Source of the DNA: Paraspadella gotoi
Lineage: Eukaryota; Animalia; Chaetognatha
Direction of reading: 5' to 3'
DNA length: 64,000 nucleotides
Assembly (NCBI GenBank): GCA_051294375.1
Contig: CM119267.1
Coordinates: 9,449,709-9,513,708 of the forward strand
Position 1 is the stretch's first letter. Each line of letters begins with the position of its first letter. The position numbers and the translations under genes are program-made. Of the stretch, positions 1-12,181 are shown piece by piece. The notes under the pieces were generated by a model. The model saw only the letters and a list, made by a program, of their open reading frames with translations, did no database searches and was not told where the DNA came from.

Positions 1-267
1 TTGATTGACGCTTACATGGCTTACATCATGGTCACGGGAGTCGTCCAATTTCTTTACTGCTGCTTGGTCGGGACGTTTCCTTTCAACTCCTTTTTGTCGG
101 GGTTCATCTCGTGCGTGGGTTCCTTCATCTTGGCCGCCTGCCTACGCATCCAGAGCAACCCACAAAACAAGTCAGATTTTCACCACATCGGACCCGAACG
201 CGCCTTCGCCGATTTCCTTTTCGCTAGCATTGTCCTGCACTTAGTCGTGATGAACTTCATCGGTTAA
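1..267 (+). CDS. DAD1: DAD1 / OST2 oligosaccharyltransferase subunit (3' part; 5' end outside window)
   Basis: Translation [59 protein letters not shown] is the DAD1 family signature; stop TAA at 265-267. Confidence 0.96.
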   Translation: MIDAYMAYIMVTGVVQFLYCCLVGTFPFNSFLSGFISCVGSFILAACLRIQSNPQNKSDFHHIGPERAFADFLFASIVLHLVVMNFIG

Positions 268-422
268 ATTTCGCTTTTGGAACTCTCGTTCAACTGAATT
301 TTTTTTTTAATGGCAGAAATAATCGGTGTATATAGTGTATGACTCAATGCATTCCTTATTATGTTTTCCTAGTCGTTTTTATATAAAATAAGGCTTTAAA
401 ATATCACTTTTATTTCTCAAAG

Positions 423-1779
423 ATGGCTACAGCTGGGTCCTCCCGTAATTTTTACACGAATAAAAACGTTTGCCCTCATCACCCCGATGCCCATTTGGTC
501 GAAGACTATCGGGCCGGTGATATGATATGTTCCGAGTGTGGCCTCGTCGTCGGCGATCGCGTCATTGACGTCGGTTCCGAGTGGCGCACCTTTTCCGCTA
601 ATGACAAAAACAATAAAGCGACGGACAACTCGCGCGTTGGCGGACCCGAGAATCCCCTGCTGGAGAATGACCTTTCTACAGTCATGACAATGCCGACCGG
701 ACAGGCGGCTTACAACGAAGACGGCTCCCTTCGTTACCACCACAGGTCTCATTAATTTGTAATTGGTTATTGATAAAAATTTATGTGGCCTTATTAATGT
801 TTATTGAAATTTATGTATATTAGGCGACAAATATCTTCGTCCGATCGAACTCTCATCAACGCCTTTCGCGAAATTCGTCAAATGGCAGATCGCCTCAATC
901 TCCCACAGATGATTCCTGACAGAGCAAACACGTTGTACAAACAAGTCCACGATACTAAGACCATGAAAGGAAAAAGCGGAGATGCGATTGCCAGCGCCTG
1001 CCTCTACATCGCTTGCCGCCAGGAGGCCGTTCCGAGAACCTTCAAAGAGATATGCGCCGTTTCCAAAGTCTCTAAAAAGGACATCGGGAAGTGCTTCAAG
1101 CAAATCGTCAGAACTTTGGAGACGAGCATGGAATTGATTAAGTCGGGCGATTTCATGTCGCGCTTTTGTTCCAATTTGGGACTCTCGCAGACAGTTCAGA
1201 AAGTAATAAATTACATCATACACAAAATTACAAGATAATGCAAAAATACAAAAATAATTTTCTCTAAAAACGGTTTTTAGTGAAATGCTGTTAAATTAAT
1301 AGGCTTTGAGTTTGACCTTACTTGACACGAAGCATTAAATTTCGTCTTAAGTACTAAAATTTGCATTTCGACTTTTAATATGATAGACATTTTAATGAAG
1401 GATGACTAAATAAATTTTTCACCGATTAGGCCAGCATTCATATCGCTACCAAAGCCGTCGATCTCGATCTTGTACCTGGAAGAAGTCCGATTTCAGTCGC
1501 TGCTGCGGCGATTTATATGGCCTGTTCGGTGAGTTGTACAATGTACAATGTACATACGTTTTTGATTTAGAAAAGTTTGGTCTACTCATTGTTCAACGTT
1601 CATTAATTTTTTACTAGGCTTCCAAGGAAAAGAAAACTCAAAAAGAGATCGGCGACATCGCCGGAGTGGCTGAAGTGACGATAAAGCAAGCTTACAAACT
1701 TATGCTTCCGAGAGCGAAGGACTTGTTTCCAGATTCATTTCCATTCGATACTCCCATCGAACATTTACCTTCTAATTAA
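423..1779 (+). CDS. GTF2B: Transcription initiation factor IIB, 4 exons (423-745, 824-1202, 1430-1528, 1618-1779)
   Basis: Zn ribbon CPHH..CSEC, B-reader [11 protein letters not shown], cyclin repeats [19 protein letters not shown] and [31 protein letters not shown]; GT-AG introns keep the frame. Confidence 0.96.
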
Positions 1780-1996
1780 ACATTTAGTCTCTTTTTTTGT
1801 ATAAAAGTCACTCAATTTTTATTTTGATCTTAATGTTGCTTGTTCAAAATTCCCTTGGGTGGCGTTAATATCTAATGCTTTTGTTATGCCGCGAGAGAAT
1901 TTATTTCGAAATATTCGTTTTTCTTCAGTCCTTAGTTTAGTTTTCGATTAAAACTGTCTGAGCCTATACCCAACTTAACTTTTATATTTGGTGATC

Positions 1997-2989
1997 ATGG
2001 GGCAATCAATAACTCGACATGACTTCGAATGGTCGTACACCGACGAGCCACACGCATCTCGGCGGAAAGAGATTCTGGCCAAACATCCGGAAGTGAAGTC
2101 CCTCATGGGTCCGGACACGAATCTTAAGTGGATCGTCCTCGCCATGGTGGCGCTTCAAATCTGTGCTTCCTACGTGGTCAGAGATTTCTCTTGGCCCCTG
2201 CTACTCTTGGCCGCCTACGTCTTCGGAGGGACTATCAACCACTCCATGGCATTGGCCATTCACGAAATCAGTCATAATTTGGCCTTTGGCCATTCATGGC
2301 CCTTGGCTAACCGAATGCTAGGCATTTTTGGAAACGTCATCATGGGACTCCCGACTTCCGTCACCTTTAAGAAGTATCATTTGGAACATCACAAGTATCA
2401 AGGCATCGACGGAGTTGACATGGACATTCCTTCGAAAATGGAAGGGATTCTGTTCTGCAATACGATCACAAAAGTATTTTGGGTCATACTGCAGCCGTTG
2501 TTTTATGCGCTCCGTCCACTTTTTTTGCTGCCTAAGCCGGCGAGCGTTTTGGAAATCGTGAATTGGATCGTCGCCGTCTCTTTTGACGTCGCCATTTATT
2601 ATTTTTTTGGCGGAAAATCTTTAGTCTATTTGATCTCCGGATCTTTTCTTGCGATGGGGCTTCACCCCATGGCTGGTCACTTTATATCAGAGCACTATAT
2701 GTTTCTTAAAGGACAAGAAACTTATTCGTATTATGGAATACTGAATGTGTTGGCCTTTAATGTTGGATACCACATGGAACATCACGATTTTCCTTACATC
2801 CCCGGGTCGCGCCTTCCCTTATTAAAGAAGATGGTTCCTGAATATTACGATAACGTCCCTCATCATGACTCTTGGTGCAAAGTGATTTACGACTTCATCT
2901 TCGACCCGGAAATTGGTCCATACTCTCGCATCAAGCGAAAGGGGAAAACTTTTGAAGATGCAAACGATGATTCGAAAAAAGATTGTTAG
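1997..2989 (+). CDS. DEGS1: Sphingolipid delta(4)-desaturase DES1, single exon
   Basis: [23 protein letters not shown]-terminus; histidine boxes HEISH, HLEHH, HMEHH. The ATG at 1997 is preferred over the TTG at 1988. Confidence 0.95.
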   Translation: MGQSITRHDFEWSYTDEPHASRRKEILAKHPEVKSLMGPDTNLKWIVLAMVALQICASYVVRDFSWPLLLLAAYVFGGTINHSMALAIHEISHNLAFGHSWPLANRMLGIFGNVIMGLPTSVTFKKYHLEHHKYQGIDGVDMDIPSKMEGILFCNTITKVFWVILQPLFYALRPLFLLPKPASVLEIVNWIVAVSFDVAIYYFFGGKSLVYLISGSFLAMGLHPMAGHFISEHYMFLKGQETYSYYGILNVLAFNVGYHMEHHDFPYIPGSRLPLLKKMVPEYYDNVPHHDSWCKVIYDFIFDPEIGPYSRIKRKGKTFEDANDDSKKDC

Positions 2990-3882
2990 AGGGGCAAGGT
3001 CAAATTAACCAAGAATATTTGCTTTGATTTTGGGATCGCACCTCTTTCTTCAAATTTCCATTACTAACCTTTAGACCTAATTTTACACACCTTTCCATTT
3101 GGTTCAAAGCTTTATAGCACCCGGTTAATTTTTTAGAGATAATTATGCGCGCTTTGGCCTTTGTTTTTATAAAAACATAAAATCCAAAAAACACCACAGG
3201 GTAACCCGCCCTCGCCTCTTTGTTATTTAGTCAATCGTTGTAATTTGGTTTTTTCAAAAAAAACTAAAATCCTGCGAAATTTCGTGCAATTTTTTGGTCT
3301 TTAAATTAGTTTTCAACTTAAAGAAGTAAAGTGATATCTCGTATATCATTTTCCATTACATTTAAGAATCATGCCAAAGATGTTTAAAAAATTTTTAAAT
3401 GAGCTTCATTCCTGGTTTGGTTCTGCTGTGCTGATCAAATCCCTAATTTAAGAATATTCTGAATTTTTTTTTTATTGAACGATGAACTTTGCCTTCAGAT
3501 AATTTAGTACCTCCCTAAAATTTTGTATAGGTTTGTTTTATAAAGAATGATTTTGAATATTTAACGTGTAATAACATTTTGATAGAATATTTTTTTATGT
3601 AAGATTTAATTTTGCAAAATTCATTCTTTAAATCTTTTAAACATTTGGAAACGTTGATTGTATTATTTCGAAATGATTATTTTAGATTCTGATGGCAAGT
3701 TTTTTTGGACAGCCTTGCTTTGATGGCTGTGTTTTTAATTCTTGCTTGTTTAATTTGATTAATCATGCTTCTGAGGTATTTTTATTTTTTTTATGGTTAC
3801 AGTTGTGCGCAACTTGTCAGTTTGTTTTGCCAGAATAATCCAGGGATGATTTGGTAAAGGAAAGTGTTCCAAACTCTGCATC

Positions 3883-6800
3883 ATGGCACCACCAAATGCC
3901 TTGCACATAGTGTTAGGCGAAGTCAATCTCGTGGTGACAGCTCTCAGACGTTCGGGGAGATGGCAAAATCGTGATTTGCACAACACTATGTTAGAAGAAG
4001 CCCAAGTAAGATTATAGAAAGGCATAAATGCATAGTAAGATTTGAACTTTTAAATCGGTTATTGCTGAACCTGTTTTGATTGCTTAAGGATATTGTTTTG
4101 TTTAAATTAACCTTCGAAGTTCTAACTTATTAATCATCAAAACATTTTCTATCAGGATCCGATCCTTCAAAATTTTTCGCAATTAAAAAACGCTCTGTTT
4201 AAATGTGAGGAACTGTCCACGTTGGATCCCAACGTGTTTTTGAGTCCTTTTCTGGAAGTTGTCCGGTCGGAAGACACTACCGGTCCCATTACCGGAATCG
4301 CCCTCACATCCGTTAGTAAATTTCTTTCTTACGGTCTGGTTGCAACGACCTGTTCGGACAGCGCCGCCACTGCTGTCGAAAACGTTGCAGGTACTACATT
4401 TAATATTTAGTTCACGGTATTTGTAATTTTATGGGCATATATAATATATAATATGTAGATTATTATGAATTTTAGTTGCAATCGTATAGTTTTATGTACT
4501 TCAAAGTTTAAACTTTAAAAATTTCTATCTACAGACGCCGTTACTCACGCTAGATTTGTCGGCACTGATGCCTCTTCTGATGAGGTTGTTCTCATGAAGA
4601 TCCTCCACGTACTCCGGACGATCGTACTGACCCCGGTCGGAGCCCTCTTGACCAACGAGTCCGTTTGCGAAATAATGCAGTCGTGCTTCCGCATATGTTT
4701 CGAGATGCGGCTGAGCGAGTTGCTGCGAAAGGCCGCCGAGCACGCTCTCATTGACATGATCCAACTTTTGTTTTCGCGACTTCCTCAATTTCGTGAGGAC
4801 GCTCGTTGGAATGCCTCTTTGAAGCGTTTGAAGATCGGCGAGCGCGTCGTTGATCGCAAAAGCTCCAAAAAGTCACCGCGCCCTTCACGCCAACGCCAAG
4901 GACGTACCGCCCCACTGGCTTCCGGTATCGCCGCGGAATCTTTGGAAGAAGTTGAATCGTCGGAATCGAAAAATCCTGAATCAAATAACCCTACGAACAC
5001 TCCTCCTACCTGCGAAGATACTGTGCCTTCCAAAGCCAAGGAGATAACGCCAAAGCGTTCGGAAATCATTGCGACGACGCCCGTCTCTCCGCCGGAAAAC
5101 GTGTTCGAAGTCGTTGCGCCTTTGTCAGATGAGGCAGATGTCTCGGAGCGAGACGCGGATTCACTCGAAAATCAGAGCGACACTTCCTCTCTTAACGGGA
5201 GCGACTTTGTCAACCCGCGCGGGATTCGATTTACCGCTCCGGCCGGTGGAGGCGCCACTCAATCTTCCGTAGCCGGATCTGACGCCGGCCAAGCTAGTCT
5301 AGTCCCTTACGGCCTTCCTTGCGTTCGTGAACTTTTTCGTTTTTTGATTTCACTAATTAATCCTAATGATTCCCATAATTCGGACGTCATGACCCATATG
5401 GGCTTATCTCTCGTCACGGTCGCTCTCGAGTCGGGCATTGATCATATCCCCACCTTTCCGTCTCTACTCTCCCTCGTTAAGGACGATCTCTGCAAAAACG
5501 TCTTCACCTTGCTCAATTCGGAAAGGCTTTCTCTATTTTTGGATGCGGTCCGAGTCTGTTATCTGCTCTTCGAGTCTCTTCGGTGTCACCTGAAATTGCA
5601 GATGGCTCGTTATTTTCAAAAGCTCTCAGAAATCGTGACATCCGATTCGCCGAAGGAACGTGTCACCTTTGAACAGAAGGAGATCGCGCTAGAATCTATC
5701 GTCGCCCTCTGGAGGCTCCCGGGGCTCATTCCTGAACTCTATCTCAACTACGATTGCGACAAATCTCGTTCCAACGTTTTCGAGGATCTGACCAAGCTTT
5801 TGTCCAAAAATGCCTTTCCAGTAACGGCTATCGATAGCTTGCACATGCTGAGTTTAGACGCCTTACTCTCCGTCGTCGAATCGATCGAGGCTCATTGCAC
5901 TAGCGTTGGCTGTTCTTGCTCTTCTCACCAAACCATCTGCTCCATGTTAAAGTCGCAGCGTGATAAAACTACTTCCTCGCAACAACGCCTGGCCTCCTCC
6001 GTGCCGCCGCCAACTAATGGTTATACAACGGGCGAAATTATGACGGCGTCGAACTTGTGCACTTACGATTTGGTGGCGCATCGACCGCCGAATGTAGATT
6101 TCAGTTCTCAGTCAGGCATTACAACGGAGCAGAGTAACAGCGGGAGTCACAATTACCAGTGCCTTCGAACCTGGCATTCGGCTTTGGTGCAACAGCTTCA
6201 AAACACTTCGCTCCCCTCCTCCGAGTCGCTGATGACGAAACGTCATCACAAGGCCATTCTTCTTTCCGGTATCGACCAATTTAACGCCGACGCCTCAAAG
6301 GGAATAACCTTTTTGCAAGATCAGGGAATCCTCGACACTCCTCTCAATCCCCGCGAAGCGGCGCGATTTTTGAGGGAAAACCAGAGAATCGACAAAGTCG
6401 TCTTGGGGGAATATGTCTCCAAGAAGAAAAACGCAGAAATTCTGCAAGCATTTGTGGTAAGTTTTTCTTTTACCGGAGTACGCATCGACGAAGCACTTCG
6501 GAGCTTTCTCGAGTCGTTCCGTCTCCCAGGAGAAGCGCCGCTTATATCCCATATCTTGGAACATTTCGCGGAAGAATGGCATTCGGCCAATAATCGTCCC
6601 TTCGCCAACACCGACGCGGCCTTCACGCTCGCTTACGCCATTATCATGCTCAACGTCGACCAGCACAATAAAAATGTTCGAAAACAAACGACTCCGATGA
6701 CTGTGAGAGAATTCAAAAAGAACCTGCGAAAGACGAATGGCAACGAGGACTTTGATCAAACGATGCTAGAGCAAATTTTCTCCAACATAAAGGAGAATGA

Positions 6801-9800
6801 GATCGTGATGCCGGACGAACAGTCAGGATCAGTCAAGGAGAATTATTTGTGGAAATTGCTTTTGAGGCGCGGAGCTTCTGACGAGGGGGAGTACCTTCAT
6901 GTTCCACATCCGCACATCCAGAGTTTTCCAGGACAATCTGAAACGTCCGACGAAATAAACGCAACCGCCGGGGGCTATTTAGATTACGACCTCTTCCTTC
7001 TTTCTTGGGGTCCGACGATAGCCGCTCTTTCCTTCATCTTCGACAAGTCGGAGGACAACGCCATTGCCCAAAAGACTATCACGGGATTCAAAAAATGCGC
7101 CCTGGTCGCCGCCACGTATGGACTTTCCGACGTCTTCGATAATCTCGTCATTTCCCTTTGCAAATTCACGACGTTGATGTCGTCGCACGCGGAAACTCCC
7201 GACGCCGTCGCCATCAACTTCGGCAATAGCCTCAAGGCTCAGCTGGCCGCTCGTACGGTTTTCTCGCTGGCGCACAAGCACGGGGACATTTTGCGGGAAG
7301 GATGGAAAAATTTGCTTGATTGTATCTTTCAACTTTACAGAACAAAGATCCTCCCTGCTGTTCTGACCGAATCCGAAGATTTTCTCGATCCTTCGGGAAA
7401 GATTTCGTTGTTAAAACACGACGCCGATAAACCCTCGATACCTCGCTCCGAATCCGGTCTCCTCAACTCGGTTTATTCATACTTCACCCTGACCCAAGAC
7501 AATGCTCGCGCGCAACACGCCGTCAACGCCGCCGACGAGGCCAGGACGAAAGAATCATCGCCCGCCGCCACTCGACTGCAGCATTTGCCGCCAGAAGATA
7601 AGGAGGCGTTTCAAAGGGCGCAGCATTGTATTTTTGCCGAATGTCATCCGGAAAGTCTCGTGACGGACTCGCGTTTTCTGCGCCTCGAATCTTTGCACGA
7701 GCTGGTCAAAGCGTTGATCTTCGCTTCGCAGAGTCCGGAGGTGTTCCTGTCTCAAGGCGCTGCTTATGACGAGGAGGCTTCTGTGTTTTTTCTAGAGGTG
7801 TTGCTCGGAGTAGTTTTGCAAAATCGAGATCGGCTCACAACTGTCTGGCCGTCTTTGCGAGATCACCTTTACACGCTCGTTCTCCACTGCAACGTGGCCG
7901 AGTACCGGTTCTTGTGTGAGCGCGCCGTCGTCGGCCTCTTGCGTTTGGCCATTCGACTACTTCACAAGGAAACCTTGGCACCTCAAGTCCTTGCCTCACT
8001 AAAGATTCTCTTGTTGATGAAACCGACCTGCATCTCTCAGACGATTATCTCCCGTCAAATAGCTTTTGGGCTGCAAGCTCTCGTCCGAGCCAACACCGGA
8101 GCGCGCCACGGATCTCGCGAGACGTGGCGGTCTTCCGACTGGACGATGATCTTCACTCTGCTCGAGGTGGTCGGAGCCGGAGCCAAGCTGCCCTCTTTCG
8201 CCAAGATCGTCGGGACAGGTTTTAAAAAAAACTTACATCCGACCTCCCATTGTGAAATATTACCAGAGTTCTTCATATTTGTTGTTACTTAGGCCTCGAG
8301 GGCGGACCGAGCAGACCATCTGAGGAATTGAACGCCTCTTGGGCTGGAGATCATGTATCTTCACACGCCCAATCGGACAGCGAGTTGGATGATAGAAACG
8401 CAGGCGAATCAGAGCGTGGTTACACTTCCGATAGCGATCTCAACTATGAAAACGTACAAGACGTTACAAAAAATTCAGGTAATTTAACAACTTTACTTGG
8501 GTAAATATTTTTACGTAATTCCTAGTACCAAGAAGTAATACGAACGAAATATCCGATCCGATGCGATATTTATTCAAATTTTTAGGCAATAGTTGGTTAT
8601 TTGTTGGAAAAGAAGGCGAAATAGTTACTACGCCGCGGTCTGATTCGGAAGAAGGAAAGAACGTCGACGCAAATTCTGTGCAGAGCCTCGTTAATCAGTA
8701 CAATATCATGCTACATGGCGATTTGGGTAAACAAATTTATTTTCAAATAAAAAATAACTTGAGTAACTTGATATACATATTTTGATTTTTCTCGACAGGT
8801 CCTCACGATTCCAAGTCGCTTTTCAACTGCGTTGAAACTCTGGTGTTCCTAGTCCAGGAATCCGCGCAAATCACCGTGGACAATTTCGAAGCTTGCATAC
8901 ATTGCGTGCGAACATTCGCCGAAGCTTCGGCTAACGGAGGATTTCGACGATGTAAGAAGTCAGCCTCGGGCACGCAAAGAAAATCAAGCAAAACTAAGTA
9001 AGGATTACGATTGCCGAGTATCTACTTTTGTCCTACTTATTCTTACGTCGCACAGTAACAATATTTTTCGCGCACAATTTATTATCGTCAGGAGATAAGT
9101 ATTTTTTTATCTGCTATGCCTTGTTCTTTATAGAAAGCGTTCGGAGCAATCTACTTTTGGTGCGATTGGTTTTGGCAAATTCTTACTTAGCAGATGTTCT
9201 ACTGATCTTATTTTTAGGCTATAAAAATCAATACATTGATAAATACAACAACAAAAAGTAAATAAAATGGCATAAAATGATTTAATTGATATAAAATTGT
9301 GTATCATAGCATATTATATATTGTGGCGGTTTATTCACACCGCCTAACATCCACCATAGTTCAGCCAATCCCATTGGTTCAGAGGGGGAACGCCCCATCA
9401 TAAGCGTTGCGTTCCATCTACTGTCCTAACGACTTCCCTCTGGCAAAGCGAAACCATCCCATGTTAACCGCGCCAGTGACAGGAGGCGTCACTGAGGGTC
9501 GGTAGCCCCTAAAGCCAACAGTGAGATGCCCCATCCCAATGGGCATCAGAGGAAACCCGGCTGTTGCCATAATATTTTTTTAAATAAATTGGTTTTACCT
9601 ATTTCATTACTTTTTCCCTACAATTACTTTTCATTGGTGTTACAGCGATGATCTAGTTTCAATTCTTAAGAAGCCTGCCAGTTTATTTCTCTTTCTTATT
9701 TTTTGGTTTTTTTTTTCCACTTTTTCTTTCAGGCTTGTTTCAGGCCGCGGGAGTCGCCGTCATCACGGTTCGTCGTCGAACGGAGGTTCAACCTCTGGTC

Positions 9801-11710
9801 GTTCGGACGATGATTCAAAGTCCCTTGACTCTGATGCTGATCCGCAATCAGTATCGGTCATTAAAAGTGCGCATTTTTCTCAGCTCTTTATTTTCTGCAG
9901 ACAGCCAAAATTTATTTTTTTCATTTGTTACAAAAAGGTCCTACCAACAAGTCGTCTAACTATCAAACTGTCTCTGTACAACTATTGGATTTGATGCATA
10001 CTCTGTTGACGCAAGCTGCGTCCACTTACGCCGCCTCTTCTATGGACGAATCTCTCGACGATAACGAACCTGGAATCGGAAATTTGTGGAGTAAATGTTG
10101 GTGCCCGCTTTTGCAAGGAATGGCTCGGTTAGTATAGCTTATAAGTTATATGTAAAATTAATTTGTCAGACTGTTAGTGTTACGTAATATCAACCCAAAT
10201 TTAATGGTTGTTTACCTTTTCCAGGTTATGTTGCGACGCTCGCGTCCCGGTTCGCACATCCGCTATAACGTGCCTTCAAAGGGCTTTACTCGTGCACGAT
10301 TTACGTACTCTAACAGCAGTCGAATGGGAGTCATGCTTCAATAAGGTTCGACGTTTCCCCCTAAGAGATAATTTCTTTAATCTAATTTCTTGCCTTTTCA
10401 ACTTTAGGTTCTTTTTCCTCTTTTGGCGCAACTCCTCGACCATGGAAAATGCCCTCAGGATCCCTCGGGACTGGAGGAGATTCGTATGCGAGCCGCTACT
10501 CTCCTCTCTAAGGTCTTCTTGCAACATCTTTCTTCGCTGCTCTCGTTGACTACATTCGCAGGTAAATAGGGATAAAAAAGTTTTGTTTTCACAACGAGTT
10601 TTTAATCAAAAATCAGACAAGTTTGGGTATTAATTTCAGACCTTCATCAGTGATAAACAAAAAAAGCTATCTCAAATTTAAAACCACTAATGCTATTATG
10701 GGTCTAAATGGTTTTCAAATTTATATAATCAATGTAATATTATCCATTCATTGAATATACATTTAATGTATAAGTTTCAGGCTATGGGGGTTAATTAACT
10801 GGACCTGGCTTCGTATCAAAATTAAGTAAAGTTGTATCATATTTTTATGAACCGTTTCATGAATAAATTGGCATAAATTCGAAGGAGAAAGTGCGTTTTT
10901 GTTTTACACTACGATGTGCATTTTTAGTAAAAGCAAAGTCAGACATGTTTCGAAAAAAAGCTATAAAGTTTTTTGAAAAATCCGGAAAATTCCTTTTTTT
11001 TTATCCAGCTTTGTGGCTTACTATTTTGGATTTCATGGATAAATTTATGCACGCTAGTGGAAGTGAGTTACTGATGGAAGCCATCCCGGAATCTCTCAAG
11101 AATATGCTTTTAGTCATGGAAACCGCTGGAGTTTTCGATCCGCCGAGCGATGGCACAATTAAAGACGTAAGTAACAGAGCAATTGTCATTTCGTTCTAAT
11201 TCTTGCTAAATTACCATTCTTAATTAGTTTTCGTCAATGACCGTGGAGCAGCAGCAGCAGTTGAACCAACAAGGCCTCCAACTTTGGGACTTGACTTGGC
11301 ATCGGATAGAGCTCTTTCTTCCCAACCTTCGCGAGGAGGATCCTTTTAAGACCAAAAACGACATCCTCCGACGGCAAAACGAATCTAAGGAAGAAAGCAA
11401 AGGCCCAGAGACAGTTCCTTCGCCGGATATCGGTGGAAACGTTGAGGTTACTCAGTCGTGTGGCGATGAAGGGGAGAGCCAGGCGCTACCCGAATCGCCT
11501 CCGACGATCGAATCGAAAACCGACGTCGAAATCGCGCAGTCACCCGGTTCCTTGGAAACAGCCCCGGGCCTTGACATCGACGAAGCCTTCCAGCCCACTT
11601 CCCGAGCTTCTAGTCAATTAGTTTCCTCACTGCCTTCGATCGGAAACGTTATACTGCAGGCGCCGACTCCTATTTCCACGCCGATACTTATGACGCGGAC
11701 TGAATTATAA
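3883..11710 (+). CDS. GBF1: Golgi brefeldin A-resistant ARF-GEF GBF1, about 12 exons including a 3.7-kb exon (4535-8218)
   Basis: N-terminal EVNLVVTALRR, FLEVVRSEDTTGPITG, CFEMRLSELLRK; HUS box YLNYDCD; Sec7 FRLPGEAPLI with the catalytic Glu; IIMLNVDQHN; C-terminal CCDAR..ALLVHDL, FMDKFMH..EAIPESLKNMLLVMETAG. Confidence 0.95.
9322..9571 (-). mobile_element. Solo-LTR-like structured repeat, copy 1 (in a GBF1 intron)
   Basis: 250-nt GC-rich insert with near-inverted termini TGTGGC..GCCATA and a 4-bp TSD ATAT (9318-9321 / 9572-9575); AATAAA near the ACA end on the - strand; homologous to 55834-56060. Confidence 0.65.
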
Positions 11711-12181
11711 TGAGAATGTTTCGCGTTGACGCCCGATACTAGTCGAAAAAAACATTATTGGTCAATTATTAACTGTTGGTGGATGAATAACATTTTATCA
11801 TTAGTTGAGCTTATGAATATCAATCTGTTAGTGAATTGTCATAGTTTTTACTATGACAAATTTAATGAAAAAATGAGCTTTTCATCGTTACGTTTTAAAA
11901 TGCGTCAAATTTTGCATGTTTTGGTCGATGTTAAATCGCTTTAAATGTCAAAAACGTTCTTAGGCCTTATGCTCAGTTAATGAAATTGATAAAAATTGTA
12001 GTATTTTTCGATATATAAAAATCTATCGAATCTTGACCGATACGATAAGTTAAGTAGCAAGAAGATTTTTCTGTTTTCGCGATGGATGCAATCATATTTC
12101 ACGTTGACCCTTTTTAAATATTTAAACCAGCCTCAACTACACGCAAGTCTGTGATAAAGATAATTACAAATAAGAGAGAAA

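Noticed and set aside
9322-9571. Self-cleaving ribozyme (twister-like CCGCCTAAC..GAGGG; hammerhead-like GAAAC and CTGAGG)
   Set aside because: The required core elements and pairings could not be assembled, and the twister-like segment is not conserved in the second copy.
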